A stretch of 64,000 nucleotides of DNA from Planctomycetota bacterium (GTDB lineage: Bacteria; Planctomycetota; UBA11346): positions 757 through 64,756 of the forward strand of contig JBIILZ010000003.1 in assembly GCA_044338255.1 (NCBI GenBank), in the 5' to 3' direction. How positions within the stretch are numbered: the stretch's first letter is position 1; every line of letters starts with the position of its first letter. Position numbers and translations under genes: made by a program. This document shows, one piece after another, positions 44,021 to 54,266 of the stretch. The notes beneath the pieces are model-generated. The model searched no databases, had not been told where the DNA came from, and saw only the letters and a list, made by a program, of their open reading frames with translations.

Positions 44021-44797
44021 ATGGCTGACGACAAAGAACAACCGATCGTCATTAAGAAGATCAAGAAGGGCGGCCACGGTCACCACGGTGGGGCGTGGAA
44101 ACTCGCCTATGCCGACTTCGTGACTGCGATGATGGCGTTTTTCCTGGTGATGTGGATCATCGGCCTCGATTTCAAGACCAAGAATGGCTTGGCGGAATAT
44201 TTCCAGAATCCGGGAGCATTTAAGATCAACTTCAAGTCTAGTTCGTACGTCATGAACATGGATGGCAAGCCACCCGCCGACATGGCCCTTGCCGAACCGA
44301 GCGCACGCGAGAATCACAACGTCGACATTAAATCCGCCGAAGGCCTGATGTCGCTGATCAACGCCGCCATCCGCAACGAGCCGCGGGTGCGCGATATCGC
44401 CCGCCGAGTGGAGGTGAAGATGACCACCGAAGGGGTTAAGATCGAATTCCTGGAGGGCGAAGGGGGGACCTTCTTCGAGTCCGGGACGGCGAATCTAAAA
44501 ACCAATGCGCAACGCATTTTCCAGACCATCGCGCCCATCCTCATCGGCTCGAAGAAGACCCTCGAACTCGAAGGCCATACCGATTCGACGAAGCTCAAGG
44601 ATCTCAAGTACACCTCATGGGAATTGTCCGCCGATCGCGCCAATGCCGTGCGCCGTTCGCTCTACGCCGTGGGCGTCCCCGAAAGCCAGATCGTGTCGGT
44701 GAATGCCAAGGCCGACCGTTACCTCAAGCGCGCCGAATCACCGCAATCCCCTGAGAACAATCGAGTGGTCATCCTCATCCCGGTGACCACTCAGTGA
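44021..44797 (+). CDS. motB: flagellar motor stator protein MotB
   Basis: GGAWKLAYADFVTAMMAFFLVMWIIG contains the proton-channel Asp. The C-terminal OmpA-like domain reads LELEGHTDS...SWELSADRANAVRRSL. Confidence 0.9.
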   Translation: MADDKEQPIVIKKIKKGGHGHHGGAWKLAYADFVTAMMAFFLVMWIIGLDFKTKNGLAEYFQNPGAFKINFKSSSYVMNMDGKPPADMALAEPSARENHNVDIKSAEGLMSLINAAIRNEPRVRDIARRVEVKMTTEGVKIEFLEGEGGTFFESGTANLKTNAQRIFQTIAPILIGSKKTLELEGHTDSTKLKDLKYTSWELSADRANAVRRSLYAVGVPESQIVSVNAKADRYLKRAESPQSPENNRVVILIPVTTQ

Positions 44798-44881
44798 GCG
44801 GCGGCCGCTGAGTGCCGCAGTCGCTGAGTGCCGCCCGGCGCTCGCATCTGGCAATCAGGGCTCGCCTGCCACGCTCCTGCC

Positions 44882-47710
44882 ATGCGCCTGCTGCTCCTCC
44901 TCTGTATGCCCTTCACGCTCATCGCCGCCGAGCTCACCTCCGATCCCGCGGTGCTCATGGGGACCTTCGACAATGGCCTGCGTTATGCCGTGATGGCCAA
45001 CCAGCAGCCCAAGGACAAGGTCACGCTGCGGTTGCAGGTGCAGTGCGGCAGTCTGCAGGAAAGCGAGCCGCAACGCGGCCTAGCGCATTTCCTCGAGCAT
45101 CTGGCCTTCAATGGCACCACCAATTATCCTCCAGGAACCCTGGTCGAGCGCCTGCAGCATCTCGGGCTGGCCTTCGGCGCGCACACCAATGCCCATACCT
45201 CGTTCGAGGAGACCGTCTACAAGCTCGACCTGCCCGATGCCGCGCCGGCAACCATCGCCACCGGTCTGGGGGTGATGGCCGACTGGGCCGGCGGCATGCT
45301 GCTGGAAGCAGGCGAGATCGACAAGGAACGCGGCATCATCCTCAGCGAGCTACGCGATCGCGATGGCGCCGGACTGCGCCAGGCGCGGGCGCGCTATGGC
45401 GCGGATTACGCCGGTACGGTCATCGGCGAACGCCTGCCGATTGGTGTCAGCGAGACCCTCCAGGCCGCCAACCGCGAGCTCATCGCCAGTTATTACGCTG
45501 CCTTCTACCGTCCGGAACGGATGGTGATGGTGGTCGTGGGCGCGATCGATCCGCAGGCCGTCGTCGCCCAGCTGCGTAGCACCGTGGGAGCGGTGACCGC
45601 GCGCGGGACGCCGGTGCCGTCACCGGACCTCGGGGCGCTGGTCCTCACCGATAAGCCCGTGGTCCGCACCCTCGCCGATGCCGAGGCCGAGGACACCGCA
45701 ATCCAAGTGGTACGAATCATGCCCCGGCCCCGTGCGCGCGATGATCTCGCGCATCGGCGCGATGAACTGCTGCGCGCCCTCGCCGAAGGCGTGGTCGCAC
45801 GACGGATCCGCGCCCTGGTTTCGAAGGATCCTTCCTGTCCGCTGCAGGATGGCGGGGCATTCTCGTATTATTGGGTGGGCTTCACCCATGCCGGCGTGCA
45901 GGGTACGGCCAAGCCCAGCCGGGCCCTCGAAGCGCTGCGCGTGCTGGTCCGCGAGTACCGGCGGCTGGTGCAATTCGGGCCGACCGCCAACGAGCTCGCC
46001 GTCGAATGCAAAGCCTATGCGACGCAGCTCGACACCGCCGTGGCGCAGGTCGCGACACGCACCAATCCACAGTTGGCGCAAGGCCTCTATGCCGCCATCT
46101 TCCATCGTGAAATCGTTCTTAGCCCGCAGCAAGAGCGGGATCTGCTCACGCCCATGCTCGCTCAGGTCACGGTCGCCGACATCGTCGAAAGCCTGCAAGC
46201 CTATCGCGCCCACCCCGGGCGCGAATCGGTGACCATCCTCGGTCGCGAGGATCTCGGCCCCGGCGCCGATGAGCAGGTCGCGCAAGCCGTGGCCCAGGTG
46301 TGGAGCGAGCCGCTCACCAAGCCCGTCGATCAGGTGCTCACCCCGTGGGCTTATCCCACCGATTTCGAGGGCTCGCGCGTCGCCGGTTTCTGGACCACCG
46401 AAAACGATGCCGCCAGCGGCATCGAGGCCCAGACCCGAGGCGGATTGCGCATCCAAAGCAAGAGCACGACCTTCCAGCCCAACCAGATCCTCGTGCAGTT
46501 GCGCTTCGAGGCCCCGCTCGCCGGGCGGGCGGCGGGGATCGGCGAACTCATTGAGCGCGGCTTCTTCGCAGGCGGTCTCGGGAAGCATTCCGCCGATGAT
46601 GAGGCGACACTGTTCGCCGATTCGAGTGTGCAATTGCTGGGCATCTCCGTCGGTGAGGACGCCGTCTCCCTGACCGCGACCTGCACGCCCTCGGATTATC
46701 AGCGCTGTCTCGAACGCCTGGCGGCGCACGTTAGCGATCCCGGATGGCGCCCAGAAGTCGAAGAGCGCATCAAGCAGGCTTGGCTCGAAGAGCTCAAGGC
46801 CGCGGCCCTCGATGTCGACAACGTGACCGAACGCACGCTGCAGGCACGGCTGGTGGGCAACCAACCGGCGCGGCGGGCGGCGACCCCGGCCGAGGCCCAG
46901 GCGGTGACCTTCGCCCAGGCGCGGGCGTGGATGGAGCCGATCCTGCGCACGGCACCGTTGACCGTCAGCGTCGTCGGCGACTTGGCCCAGGCCAAGGGCT
47001 ACCCCGATATCGTTTTCGCCACCGCCAACCGCCATGCTTTCTCGGCGAAGGCCGCGGATGGACTGCAGCAGCGCAAGCGCCTCTTGTCGTCGCCGCCGAT
47101 CGCTCCCGGTGAACAGTCGGTGACCGTCACCGCCTCGGTGCCCAAGGCCCTGGTGCGCATCGCCTGGCCCGGTGATGACATCTATGACATCAGCCAGACC
47201 CGCCGGCTGAATCTCCTGGCGCAGTGCTTCAATGAGCGCCTGCGCGTGAGGATCCGCGAAGAACTCGGCGCCGCCTATAGTCCGGGGGCCTGGTATGTCC
47301 CCGGCGAAGTCTACCGTGGCAGCGGCTGGCTGCAGGCGAGCATCGGCGTTGCCCCGGCGCAGGTGCCGGCGGTGCTCAAGGCGACTTTGGCCCTAGCTGA
47401 CGAATTGGCGGCCACGGGCATCGCCGAGACGCTGCTGGATCAGGTCAAGGCGCCGCTGATCAAGGGTCTCACCGCCCGCCTGCAGCGTAACGATTGGTGG
47501 CTGAATGCGGTCTTGACGCGGCTCGCGACGCAGCCCTTCCGCCTGGAATGGTCGCGCACCATCCAGACCGATTTTGCCGCCGTCACCGCCCCCGAACTTT
47601 CGGCGCTGGCCAAGCAATTCCTGATCAACAGTAAGTCCGTTATCGTTGTCGGTACGACCCCGCTAGCGGTGCCCGCTCCTGTTTCACCAGTCGTGCCGGC
47701 GACGAAATAA
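44882..47710 (+). CDS. secreted M16-family zinc peptidase (two-module, PqqL-like)
   Basis: The signal peptide is MRLLLLLCMPFTLIAAE. The inverted zinc motif is HFLEHLAFNGT (HxxEH). A second inactive M16 half gives about 940 aa in total. Confidence 0.9.
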   Translation: MRLLLLLCMPFTLIAAELTSDPAVLMGTFDNGLRYAVMANQQPKDKVTLRLQVQCGSLQESEPQRGLAHFLEHLAFNGTTNYPPGTLVERLQHLGLAFGAHTNAHTSFEETVYKLDLPDAAPATIATGLGVMADWAGGMLLEAGEIDKERGIILSELRDRDGAGLRQARARYGADYAGTVIGERLPIGVSETLQAANRELIASYYAAFYRPERMVMVVVGAIDPQAVVAQLRSTVGAVTARGTPVPSPDLGALVLTDKPVVRTLADAEAEDTAIQVVRIMPRPRARDDLAHRRDELLRALAEGVVARRIRALVSKDPSCPLQDGGAFSYYWVGFTHAGVQGTAKPSRALEALRVLVREYRRLVQFGPTANELAVECKAYATQLDTAVAQVATRTNPQLAQGLYAAIFHREIVLSPQQERDLLTPMLAQVTVADIVESLQAYRAHPGRESVTILGREDLGPGADEQVAQAVAQVWSEPLTKPVDQVLTPWAYPTDFEGSRVAGFWTTENDAASGIEAQTRGGLRIQSKSTTFQPNQILVQLRFEAPLAGRAAGIGELIERGFFAGGLGKHSADDEATLFADSSVQLLGISVGEDAVSLTATCTPSDYQRCLERLAAHVSDPGWRPEVEERIKQAWLEELKAAALDVDNVTERTLQARLVGNQPARRAATPAEAQAVTFAQARAWMEPILRTAPLTVSVVGDLAQAKGYPDIVFATANRHAFSAKAADGLQQRKRLLSSPPIAPGEQSVTVTASVPKALVRIAWPGDDIYDISQTRRLNLLAQCFNERLRVRIREELGAAYSPGAWYVPGEVYRGSGWLQASIGVAPAQVPAVLKATLALADELAATGIAETLLDQVKAPLIKGLTARLQRNDWWLNAVLTRLATQPFRLEWSRTIQTDFAAVTAPELSALAKQFLINSKSVIVVGTTPLAVPAPVSPVVPATK

Positions 47711-47812
47711 TTCGCCGCGCTCCGCGCTTGGCTGCAGGCGCGGAACGTGAATGCTTAGTCGCGCCCGCTTTGGGCGGGTTCGGAAAAGGCGAGCAGGGGA
47801 GCATCGCAGTTG

Positions 47813-49822
47813 ATGGACGCTACATGTAACGACTCGCTGCATCCGGTCCCGGCTGTGGCCCGTCTGGCCGCAGCGCTCACTAACGACCTGCGCATCGCCG
47901 CCGGCCTGTGGGTGGTGCTGCTGGGAGTACGCCTCGGCCTTCATGCCGGTCTGCATGGCGCCATCGGCAGCAGCGCCACCGGCAGTGATTTCATCCATGC
48001 GCTGCTGCAGGGGGCGCGCTTCGATCTGCAGATGGCGATGGTAGCGACCCTTCCCTGCCTGACCCTCAGCCTACTGACTAGTAGCTGGACCGGTCCGGCC
48101 AGCTTTGCTCATCGGCTGCGCCATCGGGTGCGGACCATCACTTGGGTGGCGGTGGTGTCGAGCACCCTCGTCCTCGGCGTTGTCGATTGGCTATATTTCA
48201 AGGAGTTTGGCGCCCAGTTCGATGCGCATCTCTTCGAACCCTTGCAGGAGGACCTGCGGGCCCTGGCAGCGACGGTGTGGGTGACGTATCCAGTGGTCTG
48301 GATCGGCCTGGGGTGCCTCGTCTTGGGTGGGCTGGTGGGTATGAGCGCGCGGTGGGTGGTGGGCCGGGGGGAGGGAGCCGCCTGGGCCGCGTGGTGGGGC
48401 GGGGTGCGCCGCTCACGTCAGTGGGCTGGGGTGGTGGTGCTGGTGGTTTTTGTGGTCATCGCCTTGCGCGGTAGCATCGGTCATCGCCCGCTGCAAAGCG
48501 GCACGGCGGCGGTGACCACCGATCGGACCTTGAATCGCCTGACGCCGTCGTTGTGGCATGCCTTGCGCACCGCCACACGTGATTTCCTGGCCCATCGTGA
48601 AGACGAGCGCAGCGGCAGCCGGAGCTTTGCGACGGTCGATCTCAGTGCTGCCTGCCGCACGGTGCTGGGGACGCTGCCCGAGGATCGCTCTCTCGATCAT
48701 GCCAGCCTGCGGATCGCCGCCGGTCCCTTGGCAACACCGCCCCGGCACATCGTACTCGTGGTCATGGAGAGCCAGTCCGGCTGGCCGTTGATGGCGGCTC
48801 ATCGCCAGCTCGGCGTGATGCCAGAACTGGCGAGCCTGGCCGAGCGCGGGACCTCGGTGCAGCGCTTCGTCTCGGCGGGTGGCGGCACCATCTATTCACT
48901 GGGGCCGCTGTTCACCGGCATCCCCGATTGCGGCATCGCCCAGACCCTGACCCCGACTACGCGCACGCCTTTCCCCACCAGCCTAGCGCCGATCTTTCGT
49001 CGTCTCGGCTATCGCACGCGATTCTTCTACGGCGGCTTCCTGGCCTCGAAGCGCTACGGTGATTTCGCGTCCGATCAGGGCTTCGAGGAGGTCCATGGCG
49101 AAGCCGAGGTGACGGTGACTCGTCGCCGTAATTCCTGGGGTGTCGATGATGCCGATCTGTACCGCTTCGTCGCGCAATCGCTCGACGATGTCAGGCCGAG
49201 CTTTTCAGTGATCCTCACCACCAGCAATCATCCGCCGTTCGAGGTCGACCTCAGCACTACCCCGTTTGATGCTCAGGCCCTCGCCGCCAAGAGCGGGATC
49301 CGCGATGCCGAAGCCATCCGCGTGCTTGGTCATCTGTGGTACGCCGATCACTGCGCCGGGGCCTTTGTCCGCGCCATTGAGCCGCGACTGCCGGGGCTGC
49401 TGGTGACGCTCATAGGTGATCATTATGGCCGGCGATTCCTCACCGGTTCACCGAGTCCGGCAGAGCGCACGGCGGTGCCGTGTGTGCTCTACGGACCGGA
49501 CGTGCTCGCGGGGCAGACCTGTTCGCCGCGCATGGTCGGCAGCCACCTCGATCTGCTTCCGACCCTGGTCGAGCTCGCGGCGCCTGCGGGCTTCGCCTAC
49601 CATGCCTGGGGGCATAACCTTTTCGGTCCGGAAGCCGAGTGGAGCATCGGCAACCAAGCGGTGGTCACTCCCCGGGAATGGATCGATGTCTCAGCGGGCA
49701 CCTCGGCGAGCATGAGCGGTATCAGCGACGAGGCTCTCGCCATCAGCCAGGGCTGGTACCGGGACTATACCGCCCTCGCTTGGTGGCGGATTATTAAGGG
49801 ATCGGTATTGCCGAGCAAATAA
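47813..49822 (+). CDS. LtaS-type membrane sulfatase-fold enzyme (phosphoglycerol/phosphoethanolamine transferase-like)
   Basis: Five to six N-terminal TM helices are followed by an alkaline-phosphatase-superfamily domain (VLVVMESQSGW...TTSNHPPF...IGDH). Confidence 0.75.
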   Translation: MDATCNDSLHPVPAVARLAAALTNDLRIAAGLWVVLLGVRLGLHAGLHGAIGSSATGSDFIHALLQGARFDLQMAMVATLPCLTLSLLTSSWTGPASFAHRLRHRVRTITWVAVVSSTLVLGVVDWLYFKEFGAQFDAHLFEPLQEDLRALAATVWVTYPVVWIGLGCLVLGGLVGMSARWVVGRGEGAAWAAWWGGVRRSRQWAGVVVLVVFVVIALRGSIGHRPLQSGTAAVTTDRTLNRLTPSLWHALRTATRDFLAHREDERSGSRSFATVDLSAACRTVLGTLPEDRSLDHASLRIAAGPLATPPRHIVLVVMESQSGWPLMAAHRQLGVMPELASLAERGTSVQRFVSAGGGTIYSLGPLFTGIPDCGIAQTLTPTTRTPFPTSLAPIFRRLGYRTRFFYGGFLASKRYGDFASDQGFEEVHGEAEVTVTRRRNSWGVDDADLYRFVAQSLDDVRPSFSVILTTSNHPPFEVDLSTTPFDAQALAAKSGIRDAEAIRVLGHLWYADHCAGAFVRAIEPRLPGLLVTLIGDHYGRRFLTGSPSPAERTAVPCVLYGPDVLAGQTCSPRMVGSHLDLLPTLVELAAPAGFAYHAWGHNLFGPEAEWSIGNQAVVTPREWIDVSAGTSASMSGISDEALAISQGWYRDYTALAWWRIIKGSVLPSK

Positions 49823-49872
49823 GCCGAAGATGACGCTTTGAGAATATCGGCTTAGGACGAGGGTGTTGACCC

Positions 49873-50961
49873 ATGTACGCCTCCGTTGTTTTACCCACGT
49901 ACAATGAACGCGAGAGCCTGCCGCGGGCCATCGCCGCCGTACGCCAAGCCCTCGCCGGACGCGAGGATTGGGAGGTCATCATCGTCGATGACGATTCCCC
50001 GGATCGGACCTGGGAACTGGCCCAGGAATTGGGTGCAAGCGATGCACGCATCCGCTGCTATCGTCGCGTCGATCGGCGCGGCCTGTCCTCGGCGATCATT
50101 GATGGCCTAAGCCTTGGCACCGGCGAGCGCCTGCTGGTCATGGATGCCGATCTGCAGCATGATGCGACCAAGATTCCTGCTCTGCTGGCGGCGCTCGATG
50201 ACGCCGATATCGCCAGCGGTACGCGCTATGCCGACGGCGGCAGCACCGGGCAATGGTCGCGTCGACGCCTGGCCTTGTCGAAGCTGGCGACGGTCGCCTG
50301 TCGCCTGGTGCTGGGCATCCGCGCCAGCGATCCGATGAGCGGCTTCTTCGCTATTAGGCGGCAGGCCTTCATGGCCGTGGCCCCGCGTCTCAATCCGCGC
50401 GGCTACAAGATCTTCATGGAATTGCTGCACGTCCTGCGCCCGGCGCGGGTGGGCGAGGTGCCGTATGTCTTCTCGCCGCGGGTGGCCGGGGTCAGCAAGC
50501 TCTCGGGTCAGGTGATCTGGGATTTCGCCCTGTCCTTGGCGGAACTTTTCACCCGCCGGCTGATCAGCGCACGCTTCCTCAAGTATGCCCTGGTCGGGCT
50601 GAGCGGCGTGGCGGTGCAGTACGCGGCGTTCTTCCTGATCTGGCGGCAGATGGTCGGCGACGAAGTCGGCACGGCCCTCGCCATCGCTTGCGCGGCGCTC
50701 TCGAATTACCTCTGCAACAACAGCTGGACCTTCCATGACCGGGCGCATCGCTCGTTCGCCGACATGACCCGCGGTGTGGTGCTGTTCCTCGCCATCTCCG
50801 GGACCGGGGCCCTGATCAATCAATCGGTGACCTGGTATCTCCACGACAAGCGCGCCCTGATGCTGAGCCTGGCGATGGCAGCGGGCATCGTCGTGGCCAC
50901 GGTGTGGAATTATTACCTCAATCTCGACCTCACCTGGCGCGGACATGCACGACCTGAATAA
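49873..50961 (+). CDS. polyprenol-phosphate glycosyltransferase (GT2, DPM1/ArnC-like) fused to GtrA-like membrane domain
   Basis: VVLPTYNERESL, IIVDDDSPDRT and the VMDADLQHD (DxD) motif. The C-terminus has four TM helices of GtrA type. Confidence 0.85.
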   Translation: MYASVVLPTYNERESLPRAIAAVRQALAGREDWEVIIVDDDSPDRTWELAQELGASDARIRCYRRVDRRGLSSAIIDGLSLGTGERLLVMDADLQHDATKIPALLAALDDADIASGTRYADGGSTGQWSRRRLALSKLATVACRLVLGIRASDPMSGFFAIRRQAFMAVAPRLNPRGYKIFMELLHVLRPARVGEVPYVFSPRVAGVSKLSGQVIWDFALSLAELFTRRLISARFLKYALVGLSGVAVQYAAFFLIWRQMVGDEVGTALAIACAALSNYLCNNSWTFHDRAHRSFADMTRGVVLFLAISGTGALINQSVTWYLHDKRALMLSLAMAAGIVVATVWNYYLNLDLTWRGHARPE

Positions 50962-52648
50962 CCCCGTCAAACGTCCGCTGCGGGCCTTCGCCGGCATCCT
51001 CCTGGCCTTGTTGCTGGGGTTCGTGCCCGCTCTCGGTCTGCACGATTGGTGGTATCCGGATGAGCCGGATGTGGTGCTGCCGGCGATCGAGATGGCCCGG
51101 CGTGCCGATTGGGTGGTGCCGACGCACAACGGCGTGGCCTGGTTGGATTACCCTCCCTTGGCCTATTGGGGCGCGCGACTTTTCGGCTTGGGCCTCGGCG
51201 GCGGCTCGGCCGAAGGCATCACGCCCTTTGCCTCGCGTCTGCCGTCGGTGCTTTTCGCCGGCTTCATGCTCCTCGCCACTTGGCTTATCGGACGGCGCTT
51301 CCTCGGCGAGCGGCCGGCGCTGCTCGCCGCCGGGGTGCTCTTGGCGACGCCGCTCATGTGGTTCCAGATCACCACTATCCAGGCCGACATCGGCTACGCC
51401 GGCTTCCAGGCCCTGGGCATGGCGCTCTACCTGGTGGGCGATGCCCGCAGCGGCACCTCCAGCTGCTTTGGGAGTTGGCTGTGGCGCATCGCCGGCTTCG
51501 CCTGCTTCGGCGCCGCCATGCTCGGCAAGGGTCCCTTGGGCGTCCTCCTCCCGGGGCTGATCCTGACCTGCTGGCACGCGTGGAATCGCGAATGGCGGCG
51601 GCTCCTGGAGCTCGCGCCTCTGGCGCTGGTGTCATTTCTGGTGGCCTTGCCGTGGTACCTCTTCCTGATCAATCGTATCGGCTTCGATACCGTCGCCCAC
51701 GAGCTGTATCTGCAGAATTTTGATCGCTTTGGCTCGTCGAATCGTGGCCACGGAGGTAAGGGCTTCTTCTATTATTTCTCCCGCATCGCCGCCGATTTTG
51801 CGCCTTGGGTGGTGCTGCTGGCCGGGGCCCTGATCCAGGGTTTCCGCACCCGCAGCCAGGATCGTGGGTGGCGTCTCCTGGCGATCTGGGCAGTGGTGCC
51901 GGTGATCTTCTTCACCTGTGCTTCGACCAAGCGCAATGTCTACCTGCTGCCGATTTATCCGGCGTTCGCCTTGCTGGTCGCGCATTGGCTGATGCGCGCC
52001 GAGGGGGCCTGGGCGACCGGCGTGCAGACCTGGATGATCCGCCTGCTCAGCGGCGTGCTCGCCATCGCCGGCGTTGCCTTGCTGGTGGCGGGTGCGGCGT
52101 GGACGTGGTTGCCCTTGCCGGCGAAGGTCAACGCGGAGCTGCTGACAGCCTTGCGGCCAGCGGCGTTCGTCCTCGGCATCATCCTCGCTGCCGGCGGTCT
52201 GTGGAGCCTGCGCCCGGCATGGACGGCGACTTCGAGCGGCGCCCGGCTGCCAGCGTGGTATGGCGTGGGCGCGACCATGGTCATCGCCTGGTCGGCGATC
52301 ATGTGGACGGTGCTGCCACCGATCGACCGTGTACGCACCTATCGCCCGGCGGCGCAGTGGTTGGCGGAGCGCGTACCGACGGCTGGCACAGTGGGCTTTT
52401 ACCAGCCCGGCCGGGAAGCCCCGAAACGTCCGGCATGGCTCTGCCATCTCGGCGGCCGCACCTTGACCTTCTTCGCTACTGCGGAAGCCGCCAGCGCGTG
52501 GCTGATCGCTTCACCCGGTCGCATGCTGCTGACCAATCCCGAACTCGCGGGAACCCTCAGCGCCCCGGTGGCGCCGCTCATCACCTGGCAGATCAGCTCC
52601 GAGACCTGGATGGTGGTATCGGCCCCAGGACCTGCTCCGGCACCTTAA
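50945..52648 (+). CDS. polytopic glycosyltransferase of the ArnT/PMT (GT39/GT83) type
   Basis: 567 aa with more than 10 TM helices. An early periplasmic loop has a DE pair (YPDEPD). The gene overlaps the GT2 gene by 17 nt. Confidence 0.7.
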   Translation: MHDLNNPVKRPLRAFAGILLALLLGFVPALGLHDWWYPDEPDVVLPAIEMARRADWVVPTHNGVAWLDYPPLAYWGARLFGLGLGGGSAEGITPFASRLPSVLFAGFMLLATWLIGRRFLGERPALLAAGVLLATPLMWFQITTIQADIGYAGFQALGMALYLVGDARSGTSSCFGSWLWRIAGFACFGAAMLGKGPLGVLLPGLILTCWHAWNREWRRLLELAPLALVSFLVALPWYLFLINRIGFDTVAHELYLQNFDRFGSSNRGHGGKGFFYYFSRIAADFAPWVVLLAGALIQGFRTRSQDRGWRLLAIWAVVPVIFFTCASTKRNVYLLPIYPAFALLVAHWLMRAEGAWATGVQTWMIRLLSGVLAIAGVALLVAGAAWTWLPLPAKVNAELLTALRPAAFVLGIILAAGGLWSLRPAWTATSSGARLPAWYGVGATMVIAWSAIMWTVLPPIDRVRTYRPAAQWLAERVPTAGTVGFYQPGREAPKRPAWLCHLGGRTLTFFATAEAASAWLIASPGRMLLTNPELAGTLSAPVAPLITWQISSETWMVVSAPGPAPAP

Positions 52649-53826
52649 TTCTCAAGCACGGTGAGCACGAAGCCTTTGAGGTATTCGGTCTCGGGCACCG
52701 CCGGCAGCACCGGATGATCGGGGCTGGCTCCGAGGACCGCGTCGAGGCGCAAGGTGCGTTTGGCATCGGCGGCGGCTTCGACGACATTGGCCAGGAAATC
52801 ATCACGCCCGATGTGGTGCGAGCATGAGAAGGTCAGCAACCGTCCGCCCGGGCGCAGGCGGCGCAGACCGCGCAGGTGGAGATCATGGTAGCCGCGTAGG
52901 GCATCGCTGACTCCGGCGCGGTTGCGGGTGAAGGAGGGCGGGTCGAGGACCACAACATCGAACTGTTCGCGCCGTTCGTCGGCATCTTTCAACCAGGCGA
53001 AGGCATCGGCGCAGACCGCCGTGAGGCGCTCGCCGACGCCGGCGCGGCTGGCGGCAGCCGTGCAACCGGCGATCGAGGCCGCCGCCTGATCGACGGCCAC
53101 CGCTTCACGGGCGCCGGCGAGCAGGCCATGCAGGGCGAAGCCGCCGAGGTGGCAACAGATGTCGAGGATCCGCTCGCCCGGTTTGACCCAGCGTGCGAAG
53201 TCTTCATGGGCTTGCTGCTGGTCGAGGTAAGTGCCGGTCTTGTGCGGGTCGAGCAGATCGAGGGTAGTTTCGAGTCGACCGATGGGCACGGTGAGGATGG
53301 TCTCCGCCGGGCCGCGCAGTACGCCCGCGCGCTGAGGTAGCCCTTCGAGGGCGCGTACCGCCAGATCGTTGCGCTCGATGACCTGCGTGGGATGCAACAG
53401 CTCGTCGAGAATCCCCACACAGATGTCCTGACGTTGATCCATGCCGACGGTGGTCGACTGCACCACGAGGCGATCGCGGTACTGGTCGACGATCAGCCCG
53501 GGTAGCAGATCGGCCTCGCTCGAGACCAGCCGGCGGGCGGGTTTCGAGGCTCGGGCGGCGATCGCGGCGAGCAGCCGGCGACGCAGAAAAGCCGCGTCGA
53601 GGGGCTCGTCGAGGCGGCTTGCGAGACGCACCGAGATCTGGCTCTGCGCGGAGTAAAAGCCTTTGCCAATAAAACGTTTGCGATGATCTTCGAGGCGTAC
53701 CTCGGCACCATTGATGATGCCCTCAAGGCCGCTCAGTTCACTGCGGAAGACCCACGGGTGGCCGCTCAGGCAGCGATGGCTTTGCTTGCTCGCCAGGGTG
53801 ACGGTGGGAACGCTGCCTAAGGTCAT
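52645..53826 (-). CDS. rlmI: 23S rRNA (cytosine-C5) methyltransferase RlmI-like (PUA + SAM MTase)
   Basis: The N-terminus GHPWVFRSEL is the PUA-region hallmark. SAM motif I is ILDICCHLGGFALH. The C-terminus reads VVLDPPSF. Confidence 0.8.
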   Translation of the reverse strand: MTLGSVPTVTLASKQSHRCLSGHPWVFRSELSGLEGIINGAEVRLEDHRKRFIGKGFYSAQSQISVRLASRLDEPLDAAFLRRRLLAAIAARASKPARRLVSSEADLLPGLIVDQYRDRLVVQSTTVGMDQRQDICVGILDELLHPTQVIERNDLAVRALEGLPQRAGVLRGPAETILTVPIGRLETTLDLLDPHKTGTYLDQQQAHEDFARWVKPGERILDICCHLGGFALHGLLAGAREAVAVDQAAASIAGCTAAASRAGVGERLTAVCADAFAWLKDADERREQFDVVVLDPPSFTRNRAGVSDALRGYHDLHLRGLRRLRPGGRLLTFSCSHHIGRDDFLANVVEAAADAKRTLRLDAVLGASPDHPVLPAVPETEYLKGFVLTVLEN

Positions 53827-53855
53827 GTGGCGAATCGTCTAAGCCGTTCATTAAA

Positions 53856-53870
53856 TGGAACGACTTGTGC
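53856..53870 (+). promoter_or_regulatory. sigma54-like -24/-12 element upstream of flgB
   Basis: TGGAAC-GACTT-GTGC, with GG and GC at the canonical 10-nt spacing, lies 29 nt upstream of the flgB ATG and before the RBS GAAGGGGG. Confidence 0.3.
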
Positions 53871-53898
53871 GTTAACTTCGGTCATAGAAGGGGGCCGC

Positions 53899-54264
53899 AT
53901 GCTTGGTGACATCCATTCCGATCGCTTGGCGAAGCTCATGGACGTCTCCGCATTGCGCGGAAAAGTCCACGCCGCCAACATCGCCAATCAGAATACGCCA
54001 GGGTACAAAGCCCAGGCCGTGGCCTTTGAAGACGCCTTCCGTGAGGCACTCGCCACCGGTCATTCGCCCGAGGACGTCGATCCGGAAGTCTACACTCCGG
54101 CTAGCACCAGCATCAGCGAGCAAGCCGATGGCAACAATGTCGCAGTCGATCGCGAGGTCCTCGATCAGGCCCAGAACAACACGCTCTACAATCTCTACGT
54201 CGGATTGGCGCAAGGTCGCAAGAAGATGCTGACCATCGCCATGTCCAGCGCACCTGGAGGCTAA
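53899..54264 (+). CDS. flgB: flagellar basal-body rod protein FlgB
   Basis: AANIANQNTPGYKAQAV is the N-terminal rod motif. The product is 121 aa from ATG 53899. Confidence 0.9.
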   Translation: MLGDIHSDRLAKLMDVSALRGKVHAANIANQNTPGYKAQAVAFEDAFREALATGHSPEDVDPEVYTPASTSISEQADGNNVAVDREVLDQAQNNTLYNLYVGLAQGRKKMLTIAMSSAPGG

Positions 54265-54266
54265 TC

